A DNA stretch of 64,000 nt from Planctomycetota bacterium (GTDB lineage: Bacteria > Planctomycetota > UBA1135 > UBA2386), in NCBI GenBank assembly GCA_965228735.1, contig OZ245838.1, positions 4,480,001-4,544,000 of the forward strand, read 5' to 3'. The notes under the pieces are model-generated. The model saw nothing but the letters and a program-made list of their open reading frames with translations. It ran no database searches and was not told the origin of the DNA. The first letter of the stretch is position 1; each line of letters begins with the position of its first letter. A program made the translations under genes and the position numbers. This document shows positions 8,887-18,747 of the stretch, piece by piece.

Positions 8887-11381
8887 AGCAGGTTGAACCT
8901 CTTGCGCAGCGTCCACTCGATCGCGAGCACGATGATCAGGAACATGATCGTCGCCCAGCCGTCCCACAGCGGGTGCGGCGTGCGGAACGTGTCCGTGGCC
9001 GAACGCGACGGGATCTCGTCGAGCGCCGTCAGCAGTTCGCCCGGCGTGTTGAGCAGGCGTCCGCCCGTCGCCGCGGCGATCGCGGCGAGCTCGGAGCGAT
9101 CCATCGGACCGTCACGCTCGATCTGCGCGGCGACGACCTGGAACGTGAGCTCGACGTTCTTGCCCATCTTGCGCGCCGGTCGCACGCGATACGTGCCGAG
9201 CTGCGTCGGGCGGAACTGCAGCTCGTAGCTGCCGGGCACGCTCTCGATCGGGACGAGCTGCACGTTCTCGGTCTCGCCGCCCTCGCGTTCGACGAGGATC
9301 TCGAACGCGTCCGCGAGCCACGGCTGCAGCGCCTCGTCCTTGACGTCCGCCGTGACGAGCACGGCCTCGCCGAGGTCGACCTTCTCCGCGTTGGCCGTGA
9401 GCCGCAGTCGGCTGTTACCCGCGAAGATGCGGCCTTCGAACAGGTACCGGATGCCGTTGATCCAGAACTTCACGTAGGCGTCCATGAAGATGGAACGCCA
9501 GCGATAGGTCTCGTCCGTGCCGAGCCAGAACACGCGGCCGGCGCCGACGTTCTGCATCGCGAACATCGTCATGCCGTGGCCGTCCCGCCGGAACTTGGGA
9601 TCGGGGTTGGTGCTCTCGACGACGCTCGTCGCCGCGGCCTTGAGGCGCTTGACCGGGAACCAGAAGTGGAAGCCCGGCAGGCGCGACCACACGATGCGGC
9701 GCTTGCTCTTGTCGTCCTCGATGCGCGACACCTTCGCCGCGACGCCGTCCGCGCCGTCCGCGGCGAGCTCGTAGGGCCACGGCCGCGGGAACGCGATGCC
9801 GAAGTTGACCATCTTGCGCTGCGCGAAGTCGATGTCGGGGATGACCGGCAGCAGGTCCGCGAGCGGTGAGGTCTTGGCCTCGGGCACGAGTGCTGCGAGC
9901 GTGAACTTCTCACCGCACACCCACCACAGACCGCACCCGCCCTCGACGACGTGCGCCGCGAGGTTGTCGCAGAACGTCGACGTGAGCGTCTCCGGGTTGG
10001 GGTCGATCATCACGACGACGTCGTAGGGATCGAACTCGGACCGCGCCTCCGGCAGCTTGTCGATACGCACGCCGTCGTTGCCGTCCTGCGGGAACTTCGG
10101 ATCGGCGTTCTGCACCCAGCACGTGACGTCGATCGTCTTGTCGCGGACGAGCAGGTTGCGCAGCATCTGATACTCGAAGATCGACGCGCCGGCGACGAGC
10201 AGCACGCGCGCGCGCTCGTCGAGCACCTCGACCATCTGCACCTTGCTGTGGCGTTCGGGTGCCGGCGGTTCGCCATCCGGCGGCTCGACGACGCTGCGGT
10301 AGAGGAAACGTCCCGCGGTGTCCGACGTGAGCTCGCGCCACTCGACCGTCACCTCGGTCTGGCTGCCGCCGATCTCGACCTGTTGCGTCGCGACGGTGGA
10401 TTCGCTGCCCTTCTCGTCCGTGCGCAGCAGCCGCACCGTGACGGTCGTCGGATCGTAGCCCTGCGAGCTCACGTTGGAGCTCATCTGGAACTTGTCCTTC
10501 TGGAACACCTTCTCGGGCGCTTCGAATCGCGACAGCTCGACGGTCTGCGTCTCGGACGGATCCCCGATGCCGAGCACGAACGTGTGCGGGATCTTGCGCT
10601 GGTTGAGCAGACGCGCGACCTCGGCGCCCTGCGGCCCGGCGTTGCGGCGGCCGTCGCTGACGATCACGACCGCGGCGATCTCGGAGCTGCGGCTGCGATC
10701 GAGCGCGGTCCGCAGACTGCCGCCGAGGTTGCTGAAACGACCGTCGGCCGCGAGCTTGCTCAGGTCGAGCCGCGGTGCGGGCGGCTCGTCCGGCACGATC
10801 GGCTGTCCGTTCTCGTCGAGCGGGTTCGGCGGCGGCGGCAGCAGCGGCAGGTTCTCGAGCGCGCCGGCGAACGAGTAGAGCTGCGGCACGTTCTTGCGGC
10901 CGAGCTTTTCGACGACGGCGCCGTCCTCGTGGCCGAGCAGCGCCTTCACGAGATCGATGCGGCGCTGGCCGACCGGGTCGTCGACGCCGATCTGGCGCCA
11001 GCCGTTGCTGAGCTCCTGGACCTCGGCGCGGCGGAACGCGTCGACCTGCGTCATCGACTGCGACGAGTCGACGAGCAGGATCGTGTGGCCCGGTCGCGTC
11101 TCGCGCTTCACGGTCACGAGGTTGGGCTCGAGCAGCACGAGGATCGCGACGACGACCGCGAGGATGCGGAAGAACGCGAGGGTCGCGCGCTGCATGCCCG
11201 TGAGGTTCTTGCCGTCGCGGCGATACATCCAGCCGATCGCGATGACCGCGAGCAGCATGCCGAGCAGCACGAGCATGCCGAGGCCGCCCGTCGGGAACGC
11301 GGCGAATTCGAACTGCAGTTCGTCCCCCGGTTCGGGGGTCACGCCTTTCCAGGCGGCGAGCCAACGCAGGAAGTCGTCCAT
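8883..11381 (-). CDS. Membrane vWA-domain protein with glutamine-amidotransferase-like middle domain
   Basis: MIDAS LVDSSQSM, VIVSDGRRNAG, GGCGLWWVCGE, GAGRVFWLGTDETYRWR, C-terminal TM ending EWTLRKRFNLL; SD GGAGG before ATG 11381. Confidence 0.85.
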   Translation of the reverse strand: MDDFLRWLAAWKGVTPEPGDELQFEFAAFPTGGLGMLVLLGMLLAVIAIGWMYRRDGKNLTGMQRATLAFFRILAVVVAILVLLEPNLVTVKRETRPGHTILLVDSSQSMTQVDAFRRAEVQELSNGWRQIGVDDPVGQRRIDLVKALLGHEDGAVVEKLGRKNVPQLYSFAGALENLPLLPPPPNPLDENGQPIVPDEPPAPRLDLSKLAADGRFSNLGGSLRTALDRSRSSEIAAVVIVSDGRRNAGPQGAEVARLLNQRKIPHTFVLGIGDPSETQTVELSRFEAPEKVFQKDKFQMSSNVSSQGYDPTTVTVRLLRTDEKGSESTVATQQVEIGGSQTEVTVEWRELTSDTAGRFLYRSVVEPPDGEPPAPERHSKVQMVEVLDERARVLLVAGASIFEYQMLRNLLVRDKTIDVTCWVQNADPKFPQDGNDGVRIDKLPEARSEFDPYDVVVMIDPNPETLTSTFCDNLAAHVVEGGCGLWWVCGEKFTLAALVPEAKTSPLADLLPVIPDIDFAQRKMVNFGIAFPRPWPYELAADGADGVAAKVSRIEDDKSKRRIVWSRLPGFHFWFPVKRLKAAATSVVESTNPDPKFRRDGHGMTMFAMQNVGAGRVFWLGTDETYRWRSIFMDAYVKFWINGIRYLFEGRIFAGNSRLRLTANAEKVDLGEAVLVTADVKDEALQPWLADAFEILVEREGGETENVQLVPIESVPGSYELQFRPTQLGTYRVRPARKMGKNVELTFQVVAAQIERDGPMDRSELAAIAAATGGRLLNTPGELLTALDEIPSRSATDTFRTPHPLWDGWATIMFLIIVLAIEWTLRKRFNLL

Positions 11382-11391
11382 CATGTCCTCC

Positions 11392-13698
11392 TCAGCGACG
11401 GCCGAATCGCATGGCCAGGAAAGACTCGGCCAGGAGGCCGAGCACGAGAGCGGCGGCGAGGATCTTCCAGATCTCACCTTCGCCCGAACCACCACCGAGA
11501 CCGCCATCGGCCCCGACGAACGTCACGCGATCGTGCAGCTCCTGCGGGAAGAGCCGGGTGAACGCCTTCTTCTCGAACTTCTGCAGCCGGCTCTCCGTGG
11601 CCGGCGCGTTGCGCGCGAGGATGCGCGTCTCGGGCGCGCCGTCGTGCCGCGAGAACTCGACCGCGTAGGCGCCGAGCTCGCGCAGATCGCGCATCGGCAC
11701 CACGAGCTCCCACGCGCGCTGGTCGACCGTCGGGTCGGCACTGCCGCCCGGAACGTTGCCGCCCGGAACACTGCCGCCCTGGCTCTCGCCGCCCTGGTTC
11801 TCGCCGTTACCGGCATCGCCACCGGGCGTCTCCGGCTCGGGCTCGGTCGCGGTGAACGTGCGCTCCTCTCCGTCACCGCCGAGCGCGCGCAGCGTCACGT
11901 CGGGGCGGTAGACGCCCGGGTCGAGCTCGGTGCGGTAGGTGCCGTTCGGGTCGAGGTTGTTGCCGCTGAGGTCGGGCCGGCGCGCGGACGACTTGTGCAG
12001 CTCCATCACGGCCGGCACGAAGAGTTCGGTCACCGGCAGGTTCGACCAGTGCTTGTCCGCCGTGATGGCGAACGCCGAGACCTGACCGCCGCCGCTGCCG
12101 AACGGCCGCGTCACGATCAGCGGCGGCCCCTCGGCGTCGCGGATGCGCGCGACGATCGCCGCGTCGTGGTCGAACTCGTGATCGAAGGCGATCCAGCGCT
12201 TCACGAGCACGACGTTGTTCATCAGCAGCTCGAACACCTCGCCGAGCCCGCCGCACATCGGATGGTCCTTCTTCGTGAGCACCGCGGGTTCGGGCCGGTC
12301 CGGGTCGCCGTCGACCTCGAGCAGCGGCAGCGGCAAGAGTCCCTTGCCGTCCTTCCACAGCAGGTCGTTGTAGCGCTGCACGTCGATCAGCGCGCCGCAG
12401 AACACGCCGAGGCCGCCGCCGTTCCCGACGTAGGCCTCGAGCCGCTCTGCGAACTCCTCGGTCGGCGCCTGCACGTTGCAGAGCCAGATGAAGTCGAACG
12501 GTTCGAGGTCGAGCTCACCGAGACCGGTGTCGGACACGACCTGCAGTTCGAAGCCGAACCGCTGATCGCCCGTCGGATCGTACGCGGACACGACGAAGAA
12601 CGTCTCGCCCAGGTCCTCGTCCGGGTCGCCGTCGACGAGCAGTACGCGACTCTTCTCCTTCACCTCGATCGCGAACGCGCGCGCGTCGTCGAGCGGGAAG
12701 TGCTCCGTCGTCTCGAGCCTGGCCTCGACGCGGTGGAAGCCCGCGCTGCCGAACGTGTGCGACGCCGGCAACGCCACCTTCTCGCCCGGCGCGAGCTGCG
12801 GCACGTCGAGGCTCACGCTGCTCTGACCGTTGACCTGGAACGCGATCGACGTCGGCATCGTCGCGTCGAGCCCGTGGTTCTTCACGTCGATCGCGAGCGC
12901 GACCGGCACGTTGGCCACCGCGAGTCGGTCGACGAGGCGGATGTCCGTCACGCCGAGGTTGGGATGCTGGCCGCCAACGTCGAGCACGGTGAGGTGCTCG
13001 GTCTCGGGGTTCATCGCGGCGATCGCCGTAACGAGTGCGGGCTGCGCCTGGTCGTCCGGCGTCGCGAAGTCGTACTGCCGTTGATCGCAGACGAGGTAGT
13101 ACTCGGTCCGCCCGGCTTCCTCGACCGTGCTCGCGCGCTGCTGCGCGTTGCTGAACGCCTTGCCGAGGTCGGGCGACGTCTGGCTCACGAGCCACTCCTT
13201 GAGGCCGCTGCCGATGCGCCGCGCGACGTCGGGGCCGACCTGGACCTTCCACAGGTCGGGCTCGGTGCTCTTCGTGCTGCGGACGATCGAGATGAGATCG
13301 CCCGACCGCGTCTTGCTCAGGTCGTCGGCGAGCGCGCGGACGCGATCCTGCGCGCGTTCGAACAGGCTCGCGCTGCCGCTGATCTGGGTCATCGACGCGC
13401 TGTCGTCGAGCACGACGACGTGGTGCGTGATCGACCCGATGAGCCCGCCGCCGCCGAGCTGCGGCCGCGCCACGAGGAACCCGAGCAGCAGCACCGCGAG
13501 CACGCGGAGCAACAAAACGAGCCACTGCTCCATGCGCAGGCGCTTGCGGTTGCGCTTCATCGCCTTGAGCAGGAACTCCATCGCCGCCCACTGCACCTTC
13601 TTGAAGCGCCGGCGGTTGAGGATGTGGATGATGATCGGCACCGCCGCGAGCGGCAGCGCCCAGAGCAGCATCGGATTGAGGAAAGCGAGTGCGAGCAT
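11392..13698 (-). CDS. BatA-domain + vWA + CARDB/Ig-like membrane protein
   Basis: N-terminal FLNP..LWALPLAAVPIIIHILNRRR..V.WAAMEFL (BatA); VLDDSASM MIDAS; VLLVDGDP; C-terminal TM. Confidence 0.9.
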   Translation of the reverse strand: MLALAFLNPMLLWALPLAAVPIIIHILNRRRFKKVQWAAMEFLLKAMKRNRKRLRMEQWLVLLLRVLAVLLLGFLVARPQLGGGGLIGSITHHVVVLDDSASMTQISGSASLFERAQDRVRALADDLSKTRSGDLISIVRSTKSTEPDLWKVQVGPDVARRIGSGLKEWLVSQTSPDLGKAFSNAQQRASTVEEAGRTEYYLVCDQRQYDFATPDDQAQPALVTAIAAMNPETEHLTVLDVGGQHPNLGVTDIRLVDRLAVANVPVALAIDVKNHGLDATMPTSIAFQVNGQSSVSLDVPQLAPGEKVALPASHTFGSAGFHRVEARLETTEHFPLDDARAFAIEVKEKSRVLLVDGDPDEDLGETFFVVSAYDPTGDQRFGFELQVVSDTGLGELDLEPFDFIWLCNVQAPTEEFAERLEAYVGNGGGLGVFCGALIDVQRYNDLLWKDGKGLLPLPLLEVDGDPDRPEPAVLTKKDHPMCGGLGEVFELLMNNVVLVKRWIAFDHEFDHDAAIVARIRDAEGPPLIVTRPFGSGGGQVSAFAITADKHWSNLPVTELFVPAVMELHKSSARRPDLSGNNLDPNGTYRTELDPGVYRPDVTLRALGGDGEERTFTATEPEPETPGGDAGNGENQGGESQGGSVPGGNVPGGSADPTVDQRAWELVVPMRDLRELGAYAVEFSRHDGAPETRILARNAPATESRLQKFEKKAFTRLFPQELHDRVTFVGADGGLGGGSGEGEIWKILAAALVLGLLAESFLAMRFGRR

Positions 13699-13708
13699 CA
13701 GCGAGGGG

Positions 13709-14752
13709 TCAGCGCTGGTAGATGGGGACCAAGGCGTATGGCAGCTGCAGGATCAGCAGAGCGATCGCGGTGCCGTAGACCGGCCCGACGCTGTCACCGA
13801 GCCAGCTGCCGTCCGGACGCTGCTGCTCGCGCAGCCACGACGCCATCGCGATGAAGTAGTCGGACCACTGCGAGCCGCCGCGCTGGTAGCGCGCCTGGCT
13901 CCAGTAGAGGTGGGCGTAGTAGTGGTGACCCGTGGTGTCGGTGCGCACGGCGAGCGCGCGGTCGCAGTAGCGGAACGCGGCGTCGACGAACTCCGCGTCG
14001 TCGTAGATGCCGGCGTTGTAGAACACCGCCACGCCGGCCGCGGTGATCGCCGGCCGACTGCTCGGACCGCCGCGCAGCTTGTAGCGCACGCCGCCGTCCT
14101 CGTTCTGGCAGCGGCGGACGTAGCTCACGGCGCGGTCGACGATGCGACGGTCGACGACGATGCCGGCCATGCGCGCCGCGCGCAGCGCCTGCAGCTGCGT
14201 GATCGTGACGCTGCCCTCGTCGTCGTTCTGATCCGGCCGATAGATCCACCCGCCGGCGGTCGACTGCGCTGCGGCCGTGACCGCGACGGCGCGATCGAGC
14301 GCGCGCTTGAGCCGCCGCTGCTGGTGCAGGTCCTCTTCCATCCCGTAGACCGACGCGAGCAGCAGCGTCGCGAAGCCGTGGCCGAACATCGGCACCGGGT
14401 CGTCCGGGGTGTGGATCAGACCGTTCTCACGTTCGGCACAGCCCAGGAGGAACTCGACGGCGCTGCGCACCTGCCGCCAGAAGCGACCGCGCGTCGGCGT
14501 CGAGCCGGACGCGACGAACGCCATCGCCGCGAGCGAGGTCATCGCGACCGGGTAGCCGCCCGCGTCGGCGCCGTCCGATCGCCAGCTGCCGTCCGCCGTC
14601 TGCGATCGCGCGAGCCACTCGAGCCCGTCGTCGATCGCGCGCGCCGACGCGGCCGTGACACCGGCCGGCAGACCCTGCGCCCTCGCGGGCACGGCCGTGC
14701 CCACGAACGCGAACGCCGCGACAGCGGCGCCGATGCCCAGTCGGAAACTCAC
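13709..14752 (-). CDS. Prenyltransferase/squalene-oxidase repeat protein (paralog B)
   Basis: QW-type repeats GLEWLARSQTADGSW, AQSTAGGWIY, CQNEDGGVRY, QQRPDGSW; signal peptide. Confidence 0.9.
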   Translation of the reverse strand: MSFRLGIGAAVAAFAFVGTAVPARAQGLPAGVTAASARAIDDGLEWLARSQTADGSWRSDGADAGGYPVAMTSLAAMAFVASGSTPTRGRFWRQVRSAVEFLLGCAERENGLIHTPDDPVPMFGHGFATLLLASVYGMEEDLHQQRRLKRALDRAVAVTAAAQSTAGGWIYRPDQNDDEGSVTITQLQALRAARMAGIVVDRRIVDRAVSYVRRCQNEDGGVRYKLRGGPSSRPAITAAGVAVFYNAGIYDDAEFVDAAFRYCDRALAVRTDTTGHHYYAHLYWSQARYQRGGSQWSDYFIAMASWLREQQRPDGSWLGDSVGPVYGTAIALLILQLPYALVPIYQR

Positions 14753-14762
14753 CGTCGGAACC

Positions 14763-15815
14763 TCACCGCTGGAAGATCGGGCAGAGGGCGTAGGGCAGCT
14801 GCAGCAGCGTCAGCGCGATCGCGGTGCCGTAGACCGTGCCGACCCCGTCGCCGTCCCAGCTGCCGTCCTTCTTCTGCTGCTTGAGCAGCCAACGCGCCTT
14901 CTTGTCGTAGTAGTCCCGCCAGTCCGAGCCGCCGCGCTGGTAGAGCGCCTGCGACCAGTAGAGGTGCGTGTAGTAGTGGTGACCGGTGTTGTCGACCGTC
15001 ACCGAGATGTGCTTCTTGCAGTAGTCGTAGGCCTTCTCGGCGAACGGCTGGTCGTCGTAGATGCCCGCGTTGTAGAGCACCGCGACGCCGGCCGCCGTGA
15101 TCGCCGGGCGACTGCCGCCGCCGGAGTTGAGGCTGTAGCGGATGCCGCCGTCGCTCGTCTGGCAGCGCTTGATGTAGTTGACCGCGCGGTCGATCGTCTT
15201 CTTGTCGACGACGATGCCCGACATGCGGCACGCGCGCAGCGCCTGCACCTGCGTGACCGTGACGCTGCCCTCGTCGCTGTTGCTGTCGGGAGTGTAGATC
15301 CAGCCGCCGGCCGAACTCTGCGCGGCGGCGATCAGACCGACCGCCTTGTCGAGCACGCGCTTGAGCCGACGCTGCTTCGTCAGATCCTCCTCCATGCCAT
15401 AGACCGACGCGAGGTAGAGCGTCGCGAAGCCGTGGCCGTACATGCTGCGCCCTTCCTCGGCCGGCACGGAGACGAGCCCCGTTCGCGGGTCCGAGTTGTC
15501 GATGAGGAACTGCACGGACTCGCGCACTTCGCGCCAGTGGCGGCCGCGCGTCGGCGTCGAGCCCGACGCGAGCAACGCCATGCCGGCGAGGCCGGTCATC
15601 GCCGCGGGGTACGAGCCGTAGCCGCCGCTGTTGCGCCATGCGCCATCAGGGCCCTGGTTGCGCGCCAGCCAACCGAGACCGCGCTGGATCGAATCGGCGA
15701 TGGCCTTGTCGACGCCGGGCGGGAAGGCGTAGTCCTGAGCGGAGAGAGCGCCCGCGCACCCGCTGATGGCAGCGGTGAACGAGAACGCGAGCGTGAGTGA
15801 GTTGCGCAGGATCAT
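14763..15815 (-). CDS. Prenyltransferase/squalene-oxidase repeat protein (paralog A)
   Basis: GLGWLARNQGPDGAW, AQSSAGGWIY, CQTSDGGIRY, QQKKDGSW; signal peptide from ATG 15815. Confidence 0.9.
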   Translation of the reverse strand: MILRNSLTLAFSFTAAISGCAGALSAQDYAFPPGVDKAIADSIQRGLGWLARNQGPDGAWRNSGGYGSYPAAMTGLAGMALLASGSTPTRGRHWREVRESVQFLIDNSDPRTGLVSVPAEEGRSMYGHGFATLYLASVYGMEEDLTKQRRLKRVLDKAVGLIAAAQSSAGGWIYTPDSNSDEGSVTVTQVQALRACRMSGIVVDKKTIDRAVNYIKRCQTSDGGIRYSLNSGGGSRPAITAAGVAVLYNAGIYDDQPFAEKAYDYCKKHISVTVDNTGHHYYTHLYWSQALYQRGGSDWRDYYDKKARWLLKQQKKDGSWDGDGVGTVYGTAIALTLLQLPYALCPIFQR

Positions 15816-15826
15816 CCTGTTGCCTT

Positions 15827-18616
15827 CTATGATCTGCCTTCCATGAAGTCGTAGAGCCGCTGCTGCTCGGTCTCGTGCGCGCGCAGGTCGTTGGCGGTTT
15901 TGCACGCCTCGACGCGGCCGAGGTGCCAGCGCAGCCGCACCGGGCGAGTGTCGCACAGCGCGCCGATCTCGTCGAACGCGGCGAGCGCCGCCGCGAGGTC
16001 ACCATCCTCCGCGAGTCGGGTCGCCCGTTCGCGCACGAGCTTGAGCAGGCGCTGGCAGCCGCGTTCGCGTTCGCGCGGCGGCTGCTCCGTCGCCTCGAGC
16101 CATTGGCGCAGTGTCTTCTCCGCGCCGGCGAGGTCGCCCGCCGAGATGCGCAGGCCGGCCGCGCCCCACGGGTCCTCGGTCTCGGCCTCGCCGGCCAGCG
16201 CGATCAGCGAGCTCGCGGTGCTGAACACCTCGATGCCGCCGCGATAGCCGATGCCGAGCCACGGGCCCGATGCGACGATGTTGAACGGCAGCTGCAGCGG
16301 TTCGCTGCTCACGCCGAACTGCGGCAACCGCAGCCGCTGCATCGGCCGTTCGTTGGCCGCGTCGTACGCGAACACCTCCCCCTCACCGGGGATCAGGACC
16401 TTGTCGCCGACGACGGTCCCGCGCCCGCGACCGACGTTCTTGCGGCCGCTGATCGGCGGGATGTCCTGCGCCCACTTCACGAGCCCGCTCTGCAAACCGA
16501 CGCAGACAAGCGCTGCGTCGGAGGTGAAGAACACGTCGGTGCTCGTGCTGCCGACGATCGTCTTGAGCTTGCCGTACGGCGCGTAGCGGGTCGTGCCGTC
16601 GATGATCCACACGGGTTGGCCCGTCGCGCTGTCGAGGCAGATCGCGACGCCGCTGTCACAGCCCGCGAACACCACGAGCCCGTGTGCGACGACCAGGTCG
16701 TTCGGCAGGAACCCGGTGATCTCCGACTGGATGAACTGCGCGCCGTGGTGCTGCTGCTGCTTGGTGACGCCGCGCATCGAGGCCCGCGGCCGCAGCGGGT
16801 CGTCGCGCTCGTAACGGCGGATCCAACGCAGGTCACCGGCGAACGCGTCGACCGCGGCGAGACCACCCGCGTTGGTCAGCACGAACGCGATGCCGCCGCT
16901 GACCGCGACGGGCGTGCCGGGCGCCTTGTAGAACGGCGAGCCACCCGAGTGCAGCAACGTGTGCCACAGCGGCCGACCGGTGTTGCGGTCGATGCACTCG
17001 AGCGAGTAGATGTCGTCGCGCAGTGCGGGCAGCAGCAGACGCTCGCCGAAGATCGTCGGCGCCGCGAGGAACGTGACATCCCGCAGCCCGTTCTCGCCGT
17101 CGAGCCAATCGGACGACCGCCACTTCGGCGCCATCGTGTCGCGGTCGTAGGCCACGAGCGTCGTCGTCTTGAGCGCGGTCTCGCGCTGCGTCGGCGGCTT
17201 CTGGTAGCCGAGCAACGCGTAGCGGCGCTCCTCGTCCTCGACGGGTCGCATCACCGCGTGGTCGACCGCCGCGATGCGGATGCGCGGATAGCCCTGGCGC
17301 GGCTTGCTCGGCGCGTCGATGCCGTCGCCTTCGCTGAGCAGCAAGCCCGTGCGCGCGTCGGCGACGCGCAGCCGATAGTGATCGAAGAACAGCACGCGCG
17401 GCGGTTCGCCGACGGCCTCGCCGGGCCCGAAGCGCATCCACGAAGCCGGGCCGTAGCGATCGGCGTAGGGCATCGAGCTGTAGCGCCGGCCCTGGCTCCA
17501 GCCGGAGAACCGGTTCCGGTTCGAACTGTTCGACTTCGGATTGCGATACGGCCGCGGATCGACGAAGCGATACTGCCACAACGGCACGAGCGCTTCGATC
17601 TCGTCGCCGTCGAGTACCGAGAGCCTGGTGTCCGCGGTCGCCTCGTCGATCATCGCGATCATCTCGTCGGCGAAGATCGGCAGCTCGGGCAGGTCGCGAA
17701 CCGTCTGCAGCTCCCCGCGAATGCGCAGTGACTCGTCCGGGTGCGCCGCGGCGATCTCGCGCACGGCCTCGTGCGCGGCCGCCGTCTCGCCCGCCATGCG
17801 CAGGCAGAGCGCGATCTTGAACTTGCACCAGATCGGATCGACGTCGATGCGCGCGAGGTTGCGTTCCGGATAGATCTCGATGAGGTCGCGCAGCACCTGC
17901 ACCGCGACGCGGAAGCGCCCGGCGTGCATGAAGCGGTCCGCGAGCGCGACCATCGCGCGCCCCGCCGGCAGCGTGATGAAGAAGCGGTTGACGACCTGCT
18001 CGAGTTCGGACACCGAGCCGCTCGCGAGCGCCGCCTCGAACAACTGCCGGGCCTCGACCTCGTGCAGCGTGCGGTAGAGCTCGAGCCCCGTGTCCGGCAT
18101 CGCCGCGAGCAGCTCGTGGCAGAGCCGCCGCACCGGTCGGTAGAGCCGGCCGTCCTCGCTGAACACCGAGTTGGCCGCATCGAGCTCCGTCGCCGACATC
18201 GCGGCGCCTTTCGGCTCGTTGGCGGCGCCCTTCTTCCGGTCCGCCTGCGGCTCCTTCTGCGGGTCCTTCCCCGCGGGATCGCCGGCCTCGGACTCGCCGC
18301 CCGGCGGGGCAAACTCCTCCGAACTGCCGAGGAACTCGATCGTGCGGCCCTGGATCACGTCCTGGAGCACCTCGATCGCTGCGACGTAATTCTCCTGCTC
18401 GAGGAACGACTGCGCTCCCCGTAAGTACCTGTCCAGATTGGGGTTCTCGAGCATCCGCACCGGGATGCCGCGATCTTCATCCGGCGAGGCCGTATGTCCG
18501 ATCGCGCCGATCGGGGCAACCGCGCGCACGCGCTGGGCCAGACCAGCCGGCGCCAGCGAGAGCGCGACTGCGGCGAAGATCACTAGGAGTAGACGTCTTT
18601 GCACGGGCAGACCCAT
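15827..18616 (-). CDS. Secreted TPR + PQQ-like (BamB-like) beta-propeller protein
   Basis: Repeats CIDRNTGRPLW, AVDAFAGDLRW, CLDSATGQPVW, CVGLQSGLVKW; helical N-terminal region; signal peptide. Confidence 0.8.
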   Translation of the reverse strand: MGLPVQRRLLLVIFAAVALSLAPAGLAQRVRAVAPIGAIGHTASPDEDRGIPVRMLENPNLDRYLRGAQSFLEQENYVAAIEVLQDVIQGRTIEFLGSSEEFAPPGGESEAGDPAGKDPQKEPQADRKKGAANEPKGAAMSATELDAANSVFSEDGRLYRPVRRLCHELLAAMPDTGLELYRTLHEVEARQLFEAALASGSVSELEQVVNRFFITLPAGRAMVALADRFMHAGRFRVAVQVLRDLIEIYPERNLARIDVDPIWCKFKIALCLRMAGETAAAHEAVREIAAAHPDESLRIRGELQTVRDLPELPIFADEMIAMIDEATADTRLSVLDGDEIEALVPLWQYRFVDPRPYRNPKSNSSNRNRFSGWSQGRRYSSMPYADRYGPASWMRFGPGEAVGEPPRVLFFDHYRLRVADARTGLLLSEGDGIDAPSKPRQGYPRIRIAAVDHAVMRPVEDEERRYALLGYQKPPTQRETALKTTTLVAYDRDTMAPKWRSSDWLDGENGLRDVTFLAAPTIFGERLLLPALRDDIYSLECIDRNTGRPLWHTLLHSGGSPFYKAPGTPVAVSGGIAFVLTNAGGLAAVDAFAGDLRWIRRYERDDPLRPRASMRGVTKQQQHHGAQFIQSEITGFLPNDLVVAHGLVVFAGCDSGVAICLDSATGQPVWIIDGTTRYAPYGKLKTIVGSTSTDVFFTSDAALVCVGLQSGLVKWAQDIPPISGRKNVGRGRGTVVGDKVLIPGEGEVFAYDAANERPMQRLRLPQFGVSSEPLQLPFNIVASGPWLGIGYRGGIEVFSTASSLIALAGEAETEDPWGAAGLRISAGDLAGAEKTLRQWLEATEQPPRERERGCQRLLKLVRERATRLAEDGDLAAALAAFDEIGALCDTRPVRLRWHLGRVEACKTANDLRAHETEQQRLYDFMEGRS

Positions 18617-18747
18617 TGATCCGGCGCTCGGAAGAGATACCAGCGCGCCGCTCGGCGTCAGGTTCCAGGGTCAGACGGAGAACGCGCCGAAAAACTCGAA
18701 CGTCGTTCCACGACCGAAGGATCACTGCAGAGGGATCAACGGGAAAT

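Noticed and set aside
6592..9228. Long antisense or alternative-frame ORFs (also 10894..13854, 20029..23532, 50993..53779, 58433..61261)
   Set aside because: Shadows of real genes in high-GC DNA; Arg/Ala/His-rich with no family motifs.
13709..15815. Squalene-hopene cyclase
   Set aside because: About half the expected length, signal peptides present and no DXDD motif.
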